Source: Phoronis australis (taxonomy: Eukaryota; Animalia; Phoronida). Taken from it: DNA of 64,000 nt. The DNA lies in the NCBI GenBank assembly GCA_002633005.1, contig NMRA01000767.1, positions 1 to 64,000 on the forward strand. Direction: 5' to 3'. This document shows positions 27,901-42,100 of this stretch, piece after piece (the first letter of the stretch is position 1; every line of letters starts with the position of its first letter). Under the pieces are notes generated by a model, which saw only the letters and a list, made by a program, of their open reading frames with translations, did no database searches and was not told the DNA's origin. The position numbers and the translations under genes are program-made.

Positions 27901-30900
27901 TAGAGGAGGAAATTACAACTCTAGTACTCTACTCAACCAGGTCAGTGACCGGGCCACTTAAATTTGCAGAGTCAAAATCGCGGGGTGGGTACTGAGTAGA
28001 ACATGCCTGGGTGCTTTAAAATATGTGGGTCAACGTTTACCTCATATGTAGGAGTTACATAACGAAACGTAGGATTATGGGGAGTTCATCACCAAAATAA
28101 GGAAAGGTAAGATTATGGGTAGTTCATTACCTAAATGAGGTAAGGTAGGATTATGGATAGTTCATGACCCAAATGAGGAAAGGTCAGATTATGGATAGTT
28201 CATGACCCAAATGAGGCAAGGTAGGATTATGGGTAATTCATGACCTAAATGAGGTAAAGTAGGATTATGGGTAATTCATGACCTAAATGAGATAAAGTAG
28301 GATTATGGGTAATTCATGACCTAAATGAGGTAAGGTGTTGCTGACATTCAGGCTTTTGCTTAATGAAAATTTGCATAAAGCTGACATTAGCAATCTCAAG
28401 GAAGCCTCCAGCATGTGAACTGGGAGTGGACAAGGCAAACATGGATTGTTAAGATGAATAAGAGTATAATTAGTTAACCAATGCTAACATAAGTAAATAG
28501 TGTTGTCTTGTGAAAATAAAGAAATAGGAACCAGAAACCCAACACTTTGATCAATAGATGTGTAGAACACAGCTGGAATATTGAGAAACTGATGGGCAAC
28601 TTTCAGATCAAAGAAAAATAACTCTTCAGCCATGAGTGAGCGCACTAATCCATGGCCATTAGCAACTCAGTATTTGCCAAACTTTTACTGTGGACAGTAT
28701 TCTTCCAGTGTAAATCCTCTGTTTATTTCTGAAACGTCCGTCTGACCAGGTGACCAATAGAAAAGGTTCCATGTGGAGATGATTAGGGGCTCATTAATTA
28801 TCGGATTAGATTTAGTTAAATCAACATGACCTGAAACTCATCTCAGCTTAAGGGATCAAGACAGAAATAAGACAGCTTTATCACTGCTCAACAGACAACT
28901 CAGAGAAGCTACAAGGACATTGTGGACTGGGGAGAAACGTGTGCAGCATTCTATGTTATGTGTTCCCCATCTGATAACAAGCATTTTTGATACAACTTTT
29001 TGAGCTTGTTATTTATAAAAAATATTTATGTTTGGAAACATTTTTTATGTCATAATACTTCTTGTTCTCACTTTGTAGATGATATTTCTTTTCCAATCAA
29101 CATGAAGTTGACACACAACATGTGTCTTTTCAATAACTGGAAGATATTGCTTTTGGTCAAAAGCAGATGCAAGATGGCCCTGTGGTGGCCATCTTCAATC
29201 TTCATTTGTAGAGTCATGACTTCAGGCCCTTTAGTTGGATCAATCTGAAACTAGGTTTGGTGGTAGATCTCATCAAAAGCTATCTGAGGTAAATTCTCTT
29301 GTCGCGGCATGATAAATTTTCGGTCCTGAAGCGACAAAAAAATTTCGGTCCAAGCTTGACAAATCCTGGGTCCTGACGTGATAAATTATGGGCCCTGGCG
29401 TGATAAATTATGGGCCCTGGCATGATAAATTCAGGTTTTGATTGTTTTTTGGGCCTGCAGTTTTCAATTCTTGAAAAGAAAATATGTGTCCTGGGTTTTT
29501 TCCACCTTGGCTCTCAATACAAAGCATGAATCCTACACGAAGCTCTACACGACTAATTCGATTGTGTAGAAAGTAGTCTAATAGTCACAAATGAAAAATC
29601 AGAGTAAATATTATGCTGTTATTAAAACTAGAGTGTGTGGACAGGGCTTTAATCATGAGTACAATGATGGGTCTTTTATTGCTTTGTACACCCATCTTTT
29701 CTACAACAGTGTACTTGTCATTAGACATGAGGGTTCTCTTTCATTAAACCATGCTATGCTTACACAAACTTATCCAGATGAAGTACGGTATGAACAGACC
29801 AGACTAAGCAGGGTTAAAATCTTTGAAAATCATTCCTTCAGTTCAAGTTTTGAGGTAAAACTTTTTGATGGTAAGTTGGTATTGAGTGAAGTTCTTTCAT
29901 TGCCGTGGAAACCTCCAATGATTTATTCCAATTTGAACTCTACTGCGACTTCAACTTCTCCTGATCAGAGCTGTGTTGGACCACGATACAACAAGAGATT
30001 ATGAACAAATGTTCCATAAACTTGCAAAGGTGATTCTCAGGTGTTCACTAGAGATCATGTTAAGACATGGAAGATTTGCTCAAGTGAAGATTCAACTACA
30101 TTACATCACAAAGCTACTCACCTCGTATAAACAAACAGGGATCCTTCAATCTCGGTCTTTTCCTGAAAGTAGAAAAATTGCTTGGTAAGCCCAGTTTACA
30201 CAATAGCTAGCAGACAGGAGAACTTACAGAGGTAGACTGACTCTTCCTGGGTTCATAGAATAGGCGAGTGAACTAGCAATTTTCAGGGCAGCTGTCTTAG
30301 AAAATGGCATTTTCTCCAGCGGTTTGGTTGTTTCCCCACCACAAGGAGCAATTTAATGATCGCTTTTAAAGTGGGAATTGGAGTCAAAAATGTTTTCATT
30401 CTCTGCCATAAACCGATGAGTGTAACAATTAACTAATACCTCTTAACCTTGCATATGCAAGTCCTTTGAAATAAACAGTCTGACTAAAAAAAATGGTACA
30501 GAAAACGCCAGCAGTTCAGAGGTAACAAACCACCAATAAAGATGGCCGTTGCAAGTAACTGTTCACATGACTAATTTTTACTACTCGTGAAAGTACTAGT
30601 GCAAACATTAGAGTTTTAGTCAGTTTGCCTGACATAGAGACAAGTTCCAGTCTTTGGCATCACTTGCAATGCTGCACAAGCAATGACTATGTATTCATGT
30701 TAACAATGGAAATCAAACTTGACTCAATATACACAAGCCTTAGATGGTGTCCTATTCAAACACCTATTAGTTGTGTGGAGACCAGTTTAGAGGTTTTATT
30801 AGTAATTGTACAGCTTAATTTTATACATGACAATGCTAAGGACTGTGTCAGGATTATTAATTGCTTATCAATTTAAATTGAACAAAAATTGGTACATTCC

Positions 30901-33075
30901 AAATTGGAAGCTGGCAATTTTTACGTTGGACACATCGGCATAATTTTTTTCATTAAGACAATTTTTGCGACCATGTATCTCAAAACAAACAACAAATTTT
31001 TATCCATCCACCTCGGTAGAGTCGACCGATCGAAATCCTTTGTGTGTGCCTTTGCCGAAGGGATTCTCATGCCATATTTCGACTACTTAGCTGAAAGCCC
31101 TGAATGCCCACAAAACTGTAGCCTACCAGGACCTGCAATACATGTCTAGCAACACAATGAAGCAGAGGCGGTCTTCAGTAACTTTGAACAGCAAGTACCA
31201 TAAACTCCTGGGTTAATGCCTAGGCGTTTAAATTGGGAAACCCTAGAACAAGGGATGGGCGATTACCCGGGAGGTGGACGCTTACGTGGAAATTAGCACT
31301 AAACAGCGGATGTGCGATTAACCCAAGCAGAGGGCACTTAAACCGAAAATTGACCAAAAGTCGGGATGGGCGATTACCCGGGCATGGGTGTAAACCCGCG
31401 AGCTTACATTAATCCCCAAAATTGGTGCTGACCACAAGAACTGATGTAAACTGGGGAGAAGGTCGACAATTTGTCCAGAGGTGTGAAACTTGAAGAACTG
31501 CTCTAGACTGTGATGTGAATTTTACCGACCTTCACCGACCTCAATATAAATATGGCCAGACAATTAACTTGATGCTCATACTTGTCAAGACATTTGACAA
31601 AATATAATTCCATGTTTCAGATAAATGTGTGCTGAGTAGGCAAAAATCATAATTTCACTTTAAACACACAACAGCTCACTTGCGAGTTTCTCGTTAGTCA
31701 ATGTGACATCACCGGAAGGGGGGCACAACCCCCCCATATTGCTCTTGTTTTGCCCCGAGTCTTTGCTACACACGCTAAACCTTACTGGAGTTCTTATGGT
31801 GAATTTTACGCTTAAAAATGTTAACACAACTTAAGAGATTGTAGATGGATCACAGAATAATTGTGGATGGACGAAGAAAATGTGAACTTGTTATATTGTG
31901 CGAAGCTGTGAACGAACTGAAATTGGAACTCAACTCGGTCTAGGCCTGAATGCCGCAGGCATACAGTGGCGACAGTATATCCCCATAAAAAGTTACTCAC
32001 TTCAAAATACAGCAAATAAATTAAATGAAACATGCATATTTTCACATGGAGTTATAATTAACACATACCCTGAGTCCTGACTCTGGATACAATTTAGTCT
32101 ACAAATAACTTGAACATATCCATAAAGACCTCGCGGTTCGATCGCTCGAGTTTCTCTCACCGAGTGCCATTTTGAGGAAGTTACGTGAAATCACGCCTGT
32201 TGACAAACAAGAAGTCCAAGGGACACAAATCTTACAAATTTCACTTGATATTTTCTCAAACTATTTTGTAAGTGTCACGCGCCAGGTCTCATGCTGAGCT
32301 CAGTCTTGCGCTAGCCTTTGTCTCATACTCACCTGACTCAGTTGAAATACTTTGCGGTTATCATGCGTGCAGTGCGGTCAAAGTTAACAGCAACCACAGT
32401 CACCTGAATTCCCCTAGCTTAGTGCTTCATTGAAGATATGTTTAGAAGCAGAAAGGATCACTCAAGAAAGTAAGTGCCTTTTAGGTGATAATTTTAGGTG
32501 TAGAATGTATTTTTGACGAGGTGAAAACTTAATCAGTGAGCAGATTTCGCCTACCGCCCGTTTAAATACACGGGACGAAATTAGTGCAGAACGTGATAGA
32601 ACATATCGTTGTGCGAATCTGAATTTCACTTGCCATAAAAGCAATGCTTGTTTGGCATTTATCGAACTTAACGGCTAAAAACTCGAAAGAAATAACAGTA
32701 TACACTCTGCTACCGTATTGGGCAAATGGCCAAACGACAAGCTTTTGCCCCACTTCCTGTGACGTCACAGTTAAGTCTCACAAATTCTCACGTTATTGTT
32801 ATTAACTCGCAAAAGGACTATTGTGTTGTGTTTATCAATGCCACTGTTCTGGTGTCCTAAAACATTTCTATCTTCCAAAAATGTCTATGTGCATTCCTAT
32901 TCTTGGTTAGAAGGTTGGTTACAAATGAATTATCTGAAAATCTCATGACTGCCCTGGACTGGTTCCAATGGATTTATTACTTGTCGGAATTCTTCGAATT
33001 CCGACAAGTATGTTGCTCTGTCGTCAAGTTTTTACTTGGCGGAATTCTTCCGCCAAGTATGTTGCTCTGACAGCA

Positions 33076-33106
<31 letters not shown>

Positions 33107-36100
33107 NCCCCCCCCCCCCCCCGGAGTCTTTGCTACACACGCTAAACCTTACTGGAGTTCTTATGGTAAATTTTACGCTTAAAAATGTTAACACAACTTA
33201 AGAAATGGTAGATGGATCGCGGAATAATTGTGGATGGACGAAGAAAATGTTAACTTGTTACATTGTGCGAAGCTGTGAACGGACTGAAATTGGAACTCAA
33301 CTCAGTCTAGGCCTGAATGCGGCAGGCATACAGTGGCGACAGTATATCCCCATAAAAAGTTACTCACTTCAAAATACAGCAAATAAAATCAAATGAAACA
33401 TGCATATTTTCACATGGAGTTATAATTAACACATACCCTGAGTCCTGACTCTGGATACAATTTAGTCTACAAATAACTTGAACATATCCATGAAGACCTC
33501 ACGGTTTGATTGCTCGAGGTTTTTCTCACCGAGCACCATTTTGAGGAAGCTACGTGAAATCATGCATGTTGACAAACAAGAAATCCAAGGGACACAAATC
33601 TTACAAATTTCACTTGATATTTTCTCATACTATTTTGTAAGTGTCACGCGCCAAGTCTCACGCTGAGCTCAGTCTTGCGCTAGCCATTGTCTCTTACTCG
33701 CCTGACTCAGTTGAAATACTTTATGGTTATCACGCGAGCAGTGCGGTCAAAGTTAACAGTAACCACAAAGTCACCTGAATTGCCGTAGCTTCATTTACCA
33801 TAAAAGCAATGCTTTTTTGGCATTTATCGAACTAAACAGCTAAAAACTCGAAAGAAATAACAGAATAGTTACACTCTGCTATCGTATTGGGCAAATGGCC
33901 AAACGACAAGTTTTTGCCCTACTTCCCGTGACGTCACAGTTAAGTCTCACAAAATCTCATGTTATTGTTATAAACTGCAAAAGGACTATTGTGTTGTGTT
34001 TATCAATGCCACTGTTCTGGTGTCCTATAACATTTCTACCTTCCAAAAATGTCTATGTGCATTCCTATTCTTGGTTAGAAGGTTGGTTACAAAGGAATTA
34101 TCTGAAGATCTCATGACTGCCCTGGACTGGTACCAATGGATTTATTGCACATTTAAAAACATTATGTATAAACAAAATGCCAACATCTAGGGTTTGAGTG
34201 CCTTTACAATAAATTGTGGAATGTTTGGTTGTCATTGTTTTAAGGAAGCAATCATTTCATGGCACTCAAAGGGCAGATCAATAACAGAGTGGAGGAATTG
34301 GGAATGTAGCTGGACCAAAGTTTGGTGAATAAAACAGTTAAAATTCAAACCAAATCACTTTGTGGATATTATACATTGAAAAAAATCATGACTTTTGACC
34401 TGGGTATAAGAATCCCTGCATGTCCTTGCATTATCTGGGCAATTCTGTGAAAAGGTCAACCTCGACACAAAAAATTAAAATTGTGGCTACACTAACATTT
34501 TTGGTCTCATCTTCAAGCCCTTTCTCTGAAACTCGAAAAAATGCCATCGTGGATCAAGAAATTTATAATTGTACTTGTACATTCTGTGATGTGGCATTAT
34601 TTAAAGCCTCTTATTAAATTTGAAAAGAAGGCATGAGTTAAAGAGCTGGATGAAAACCTAATCATTTTAATCACTATATAGAAACCAGAATCTGATAAGT
34701 TAGCTCTACATATTCCTAAATCATAATCCTAAATGCAATTAATTTAAAATGTCTTGTTTTCACACTGGAAGACAGCATGGGTGATATGAATCAAAATATG
34801 AATGCCAAAAGTCGATGATGTCTATAAACCACAAGCTTCACACTTGGTTTTAATAAGACACTGAAGTCCTGTTACTAACACTTTAAAAACATCAGTTATT
34901 ACTTACCAGGGCATGCATCAGAACCATCGACATCATGGACCAGAGAATAATTTTGTACAAGCTCTAAATACAAGTTCTAATTTAAAAAACAATTATTGAA
35001 ATGCATTATTATGACAGTGATTAGCAATGTTTCAAACTTTATGTCACATTTTATATTTTGACTGTCATATTTACTTATTAGTTTTGAATTAGTGTTCTAT
35101 TTACCGCTTAAAACAGGTTTTCCTGATAACTAACAGCTGTCATTAATACAAAATGATTATCACTCTCATTCCAACCGATAATGCTTACCCTCTTCAAAAG
35201 GAAGTGAAAATTTTAGGTGATTGTTTTATATCTTTAATCAAATGTATTGAAAAGTTAAAATCCTAGAGTATATTCCTAGTGTAGCCCTACCTGTGATGAT
35301 TTCGTGCAAAACGTCAATCGGTACATTTTAATTAAAAAACATTGAATTAGTAGCAAAAGACCAATATAGCTTAAATACTGCAAAAGTTTGAATCATCCTG
35401 AATTGATATTGATATCTTAGTCACAACAAACAATTTAATACTAAAAATTCAGAGCGTACGTCCATCACGCACGTCAGTCACACTAACTCAACTTATATCA
35501 AGCTCTCTGACAAAAAATTCTTAGCAGATATCATCAAAAAATTAGTGTGTTGTACTTAGTAAACATTCCACTAAATCATAATGTAAAACATAAAATTGTA
35601 ACTTAATGCAACTCACAGAAAATTAACGTTAACAATTTTTAAAAAAAAAATCAAATTCTCTGCGTACCTCCATCACACCCCTTTAAAGGCAATTTTCTCA
35701 GTCAGATTAAAAGATAGGGGAAAAGTTGACACATGCTTTGAAAGCTAACAGTGAGACCTATCAATTGATTTTTTCGCAATTGATCAAAATGTTCTCTGAT
35801 TGTACGTCCATCACAAATGGAATTGCCCATCTAACAAAAATCAGGGAAAATTCAACTGATTTCCCTAGAAAGGTCTGAAAATTTTGGAAAACAAAAACTA
35901 ATGACGTCAATGTGTTTGTGGGAAAATAAAAAAAAATTGAGGATCAATGTAAAATTTTGTCTAGTTTCAATTTTAAACAATTTAAAACCAGTCCTAATAG
36001 TAAAAAACAAGAACTCAAAATCTTTCATCTCCAACAGCCTATTGGCACGCCTCTCAGTTCAGTAAACACTGTTTTCATAGTACTGACAATAATACCTTCC

Positions 36101-39100
36101 TACATGCTAGATATACTTGAATGTTTACCGAGCTGTCTTGTGCAATGAAACTTAAGTGTCTGAATATTGCTAACCTACGTCACTGTAACAAAAATGCTAC
36201 CGAATGAGTCGAGCTTTCCTACCTCGACAGGTAGCTGCCAAGCCATTGCCATCTAGTGTTCCGGCAGGGAACCAGCCAGTAATCAACATACTACACAGAA
36301 CTAACCCTATCCTAAGTATTAGGTTCTTCTAAAGCATACAACTGTCTTTTAAAAACACTTGATTTCTTCCCCATATTTAATTTGTGTGTCCGTCTAGTTT
36401 TGAAAATACCCCTAACAGAGTTGATAGAATCCATCAGTCCACAATACTAGTAGGCTGTTTGACTTTCAAGAATACCAAAAATGAATAGAAGGTGGAGCTG
36501 TCCATTACTTCCCGAGACTAAGGCAAAAGAACCTTGCATGCACTGGTGCACTGCGTCTGTCAGTTTAACCATATAGTAGGAACCCACAGCAGACTCTTGA
36601 GCTAAGCATATATTTGATGGAAACCATTAGCTTTTCCAATTAGGCATTGCATAATTGGCTAGGCTTGGACAGGATTGTAATACTTCGAGTAAACTTTCTT
36701 ATGGTAAGTTGGACATGGTAAAATCAATCTCAGCGACACTTGAGGAAAAGCTGCATAGTGTGATTATATATCTGGGTGTGGAGTACCTACCCATACAACA
36801 CCTGGAGAACAGTAGATCTATGTGTATTGGGTGCAGCTGAGGAGTCATGATACAGGTAGGTGAAAAAATGGGATCACCCTAGCAGGGGAGATGAAGAGAT
36901 GGTATGTGATTTTATTTATGAGAGCTTACCTGCTCACAGCTGACTGAAGGTAGATTTAGAGTGCATGCATGGAGTCCAGCGGGGAGCAATGATAAAGGTA
37001 GGTTGAGAGCTGGATGTGTCTCTGCAAGGCATTGGATGGACAGAAGGCATGTGAATGGTTGTTAACAGAGAGATGACCTTTTACCCAACAATTCACCACA
37101 GTAAAACCTGGCTCCACATAAGTGGCCAGGTGGATTGAAGTGGTGCCCAGTTTTAGGTATACTAAGCTGACCAGTCACAATACGCCCCTGGAAAGAGCTG
37201 TCATGGGGCAATTGGTCACTAAGACCATTATTTTATGAAATCTGTCATTTGCAACAAGTTTATGACTTAAAGCACCTCTAAACCCACTTTCCACCATAAA
37301 AACTTTTTTTAATTTAGACACAAATTGTTCCTTTGTGAAACTGAAGATGATTTCCAGACTTTAAAAGAACGGACAGTTCAGTATTACTATAGACCAAATT
37401 CTACAAGTTCATTTGTCATGACGCGTCATTTTACGTGCCGAGTTTGGTCTCAATTATAGCCAAACCTAGACCTAACTTCTCATCAGTGCAAGGATCAAGT
37501 TAAGGCCAATTTTATAGAAGTACGGAGTCTAGACAAAAAGTTTGCTTCTTCGACACAATACGGGTCTATAGAGGCTCAGCATGTTGCATCTATAGCATAA
37601 TGACACAAAATGGCTTGTTGTGTCATTTCATGTGTTATAACTTTCACAAAATAAGACAAGCTTATTTATAGTTGTACCAGCACAGTCATGACAGGAAACA
37701 AATGTTTTATTTAGTATTTCGCTAAGCAGTCATTCTGTACAAGACATCTGACCGCTCAGCTTCAGGTGGCATGTCAATATGACATTTAAGTACAACAGAA
37801 TATGATGATGCTATGCAAAATATTTAATCAATTCAGTAACTTTCAGACCCCCCAACAAATGGTAATTCCCCACTTATTTGGTAAAAAAATAATTTTCAAA
37901 ATTGTACTTTTACATTTTTCAAAGGTTAATTATTTTACTAGTGCATGTAATAAAAAATTTACCAAAAGTTGTTTTAAGACATACACACATGCTAGCAATA
38001 GGCCAAAATTTTCTTAATCTTTTAATTTTTATAAAGAAATTTGACAAAATAGAATGCCACTTGTCAGCCGTATTGTCTGCAAACTTTACTGTAAATAACT
38101 TAGAATCAGAAAGATATCTTGGTTTTCAAGAATATGGCAGCGAATGAAGATTGGGGGAACCAAACTACTCAAGGCTAGACTGGATAAATCACCTATCACA
38201 TGGCACGCTTCGAGTATACTTTTAGATATCATGTGCTGCAACTGATCAATTTTAGAGTAGACTTTCATAAACGGTTTGGACGGATTTCTAGTTTTTGCTC
38301 AGGTGAAGTGATCGCCATTAACAGCAGTGGGTGAACTTAGCACCTGTCTGATCACCTCCACATTACATACCTGTTTATAATCTGTGTCACTAGTCAAGAA
38401 TATTGAACCTTCAATTAAAAGTACAATAAACTTCCACGTTTTTTAACAATTTGTCCGACATCAAGATGCAAAACAAGTTGGTCACATAAGGAGTGAGTTA
38501 ATGGGTACTACACCAGCACTGTGGAAAAGATAGGTAGTCACATTGATTATATGGAGCTAACAAAATGATACTAATATTCAGTGTAGACTTGAACATAGCA
38601 AAAGTAAAAGTATGGATGTCTAGTAATTTGTCAATTAATAACGATAGCTTTCCTGTGAGTGATTAGTTTAATTTACTGAATTTCAATTTGAATCTGTAGC
38701 AGCATTAGATTAAAGGTATGTTATCACCTGCCCAAGCCCAGCACACTGATCAACAATTAATAAAGGTCAAACACAAGGGTCCATTGGCAGGTATTGTGAG
38801 TGGAACAATGTCAATCAATGAACAGATATGAAGAGGATCAAGACATTGCCAAAACTATAAATGCTATGTTCAACTGTTGGACTTTACTACATTTTATAAA
38901 GACGTTCTTTATCTTATTTTATCTACAGTTTTAACTGTTATTGATTAATAACCAGATAAGTTGTGTCCATACAAACTTGCTGAATGTGTGTCTGATTGAA
39001 GTTTGCCACTAGAAAACCGATGTTTCTACTCTCATCTAAATCTGTGTACCAAGTGACATGCAACTATGTACATATGTATAAATAGTCAACCAGTTACAGC

Positions 39101-42100
39101 AACATCTTCATTAGGCAACAGTGCCAGGGGCAAATAGGAAAAGATGCATTACACCAGACTGATTTCCACCTGTATTATCAAGTCATAATGACTGTATTGA
39201 CAAATTAATATTCAACATGCCAAGCTGCTATTCTTGTTTGACCAACAGTCTACATGTGAAGGCCGTCTCCTATACAAAGTGACTACAACACATGCTAAAA
39301 GAATCTGAAAAAAAACCAAAATGATTTCTGGCCAGTACTCCCTTCCATTTAGACAGAAAGATCTTTTTGAACAACTGGGGCCAGTTTCAAGCCGAGATCT
39401 GCATTCCAAATGCTGAAATCGCAACTTTTCTCCTATGAACCACTAACTCTTGTTGTTCCGAATTCACTCTCTCCTTCAGAGGGTTCATTCCCAAAGAAAA
39501 AAGACTGGTGTTGTTTGGGACTTGATTTATTGGCTTAGAAAGTTACCCTGATTTGTGCCTAGCAAAGGTAAGCAAAAAGACCATGTTAAACTGCTATCAA
39601 TCATGTTCAAGTGTTCGTATGTGATCAACCGATTAATTAAATCTTAATTAGAACTATGCCATTAGTAGTCATCAACTTGAGACTGTATCTGGGGTTCATT
39701 CAAAGCTTCAAAAATAGCAAGTTCAAATAGGTTTCCAAATTTCTTAGGTAATCCATGACCAATGAGGTGTGACTGCACTTTTACGACCCAAGTAAAATTG
39801 TTGTTATTCTGCACTTTCCCTTAGAGTTAAAGTTCGCAACTACAGAAGCTTAGTTGGTAGCTGTGGTTAACCTTGAAGTCAAGAGTGAGTGCTCCAATCA
39901 GCTTCAAAGTTATCGCAAGGTAGCGCTAAGATGACCTTTGGACATGCGCCCTGCTGTTTTTGACAGTGCTTGGCATAAAAATATCACAAGGCAGCCAACA
40001 GCTGACATATTGGGACGATGTACAATAAAAATTTGACTCTTAAGCTGGCTGACAGCTGATACAAACAAAGGTAGTATGGCGTGGTTCAACTCGTTTTGCG
40101 TACACTACACATGTTCAGTGATTTTATTAGTCTATCCAGCAAGTACATGAAAAAATTGCAAGAGAATGGTTTACTGCTAAAATAATAATTATTAGAACAA
40201 AATATTAACAATAGTAATCATTCACTGCCCACTGTTGACAAACGCAGGCAGTGATCTCTGCCGATAACTCCGACGGCATCGAAGTTTAGTGTTCCCATAA
40301 TAGAGAAGCATCGACGCTTTGCTGTTAAATCCCTCTTTACTTCAGAGTTAACTTGCACAGTTTACGAAGTGAAGACTTAAGTTACATGTACCCATTGACT
40401 GAAGCTTCAGCAACACCGAAGCTTCAGAGCAAGTGGGAGAGGCCTTATAGTGTGTTATACATCCGGTACTACTATGGAGACATGGGTCTGCAATATAGTG
40501 TGGTATCTTACTGTAGGGACATGGGTGTGCAGTATAGTGTGTTATATGGTACTACTATAGAGACATGGTTGTGCAATATAGTGTGTTATTATGGTACTAC
40601 TGTGGACATGGGTCTGCAATATAGTTTATTTTAAATCATATGTTAAAGCTGCATTTCGACATATTTACTAAGATAATATAAAATATCAGCAATTTGAATA
40701 AAAACCCAGGAACAGATTTGAAGATCATTTGCATTAGATTTCAAAATGCGTCATTTCGTAAAACTTGATCAATACACGGCTGACAAATCAACTCAAGCCT
40801 GATATTATGAACTTGGATAAACATGTTTGAAGAGCCGCAGTCATCATAACCTACATTTGGTCAACTTTCACTGTACATTTAAAGATGCTATATCTCGTTA
40901 AAAACGTGAATGTTTAAATTTGTTGCAAGTGACTTCCTGGAGAACTGTCTGTAGAAGTAGAATCAGGAAAAGAAACAGTTTGTAAATAAATTACAGTTTT
41001 AAACAAAACACCCCAGCCGACACACATAACACATATGTGAACATACAAAAACCCCAGTAATTCCAAATATTATGCATTAGTTATTTAATAATGAAACAGA
41101 CAAATTATAAAAATTGCCTTTTTTAGGGTAATGACACTGGAAGACCCGGGGTTGTTTGTGAACTAGTACTTCATTTGCATATTCACAATTTCATGAGACA
41201 TAGCTTCTTTAAGTTGGGTTTATATGAAGCACGTTTTCTTCTGTGAATTATGACTTCGAGACACATGGTTCAGTAGGTGCGGTGATGTCTTTTCAATTTC
41301 CCACAAATATAATTGCCAAAATAGCATTTTGCAGTTTGTCAAAGGCTACTGAAATTGTTATAGGTAAAATGTTTACCAAAGTTCTGTTTTAGAAGAGTTA
41401 TTCAGTAGAAATAGGACATTGATTTTTAATGAAAAATTATGATACAATTCTACATATGCTATCCTGTGTGTAAAATTGAAGAGCATTGGAACCACAGCAA
41501 ATGAGCGTTGGAATTTATTAACTTGTCTAGTGCTAACAGTTGGCTTGAAATGCCCTGAAACTATGGTAGACAAACCATAACCTGTTTGTATTTAAGTATT
41601 TTCAGGTCGAAACTTACTGACAAGGCCTAATGTATGTACGGTATGTTGAGCTAGAACCTTACTGGCATGGCTTAGTATATTGCGTAACAACTATGGAGGA
41701 ATTACTTAAAAACTTTTGTTTGACAAAACTGGCAGCTATGTACCACCTTGATAAAACCAGATCTTCCAATTTTGTACAAGAATTCAAAAATATACAAGTG
41801 CTGCACTGTAGCAAGTGTGCCAAATTCAAACACTTGTAGAATTTACAAAGTACAATTTCAGACAGGACTTTTTCCGTGAACAGTCACAACTCCTTTATTA
41901 GTTCTTTTTGAGATCCTAAAATGTTACCAACTCATAGAAAAGACTTCCCTATACGTAAACATTACCAGGAATGTGAGATGACATTCATAGAATCATAAGC
42001 AGATAGAAACAAAAAGCTAGGCGTGTTTTTACACCTGAGACCAATAAAAAATAAATACATAATGCCCCCGTGTAGTATTCTGTGAATATTTGATTACCAT

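Noticed and set aside
29591-30004. 137-aa plus-strand ORF nested in DCP1 intron 2
   Set aside because: No recognisable domain or supporting splice structure; compatible with chance
34437-35828. GGGCAATTC...GAATTGCCC-bounded segment as one transposon
   Set aside because: 9-bp match only and flanks differ; the two ends may belong to separate decayed elements
36655-36840. ORF containing YLGV, possible LINE reverse-transcriptase relic
   Set aside because: Single four-residue motif with no other RT motifs nearby
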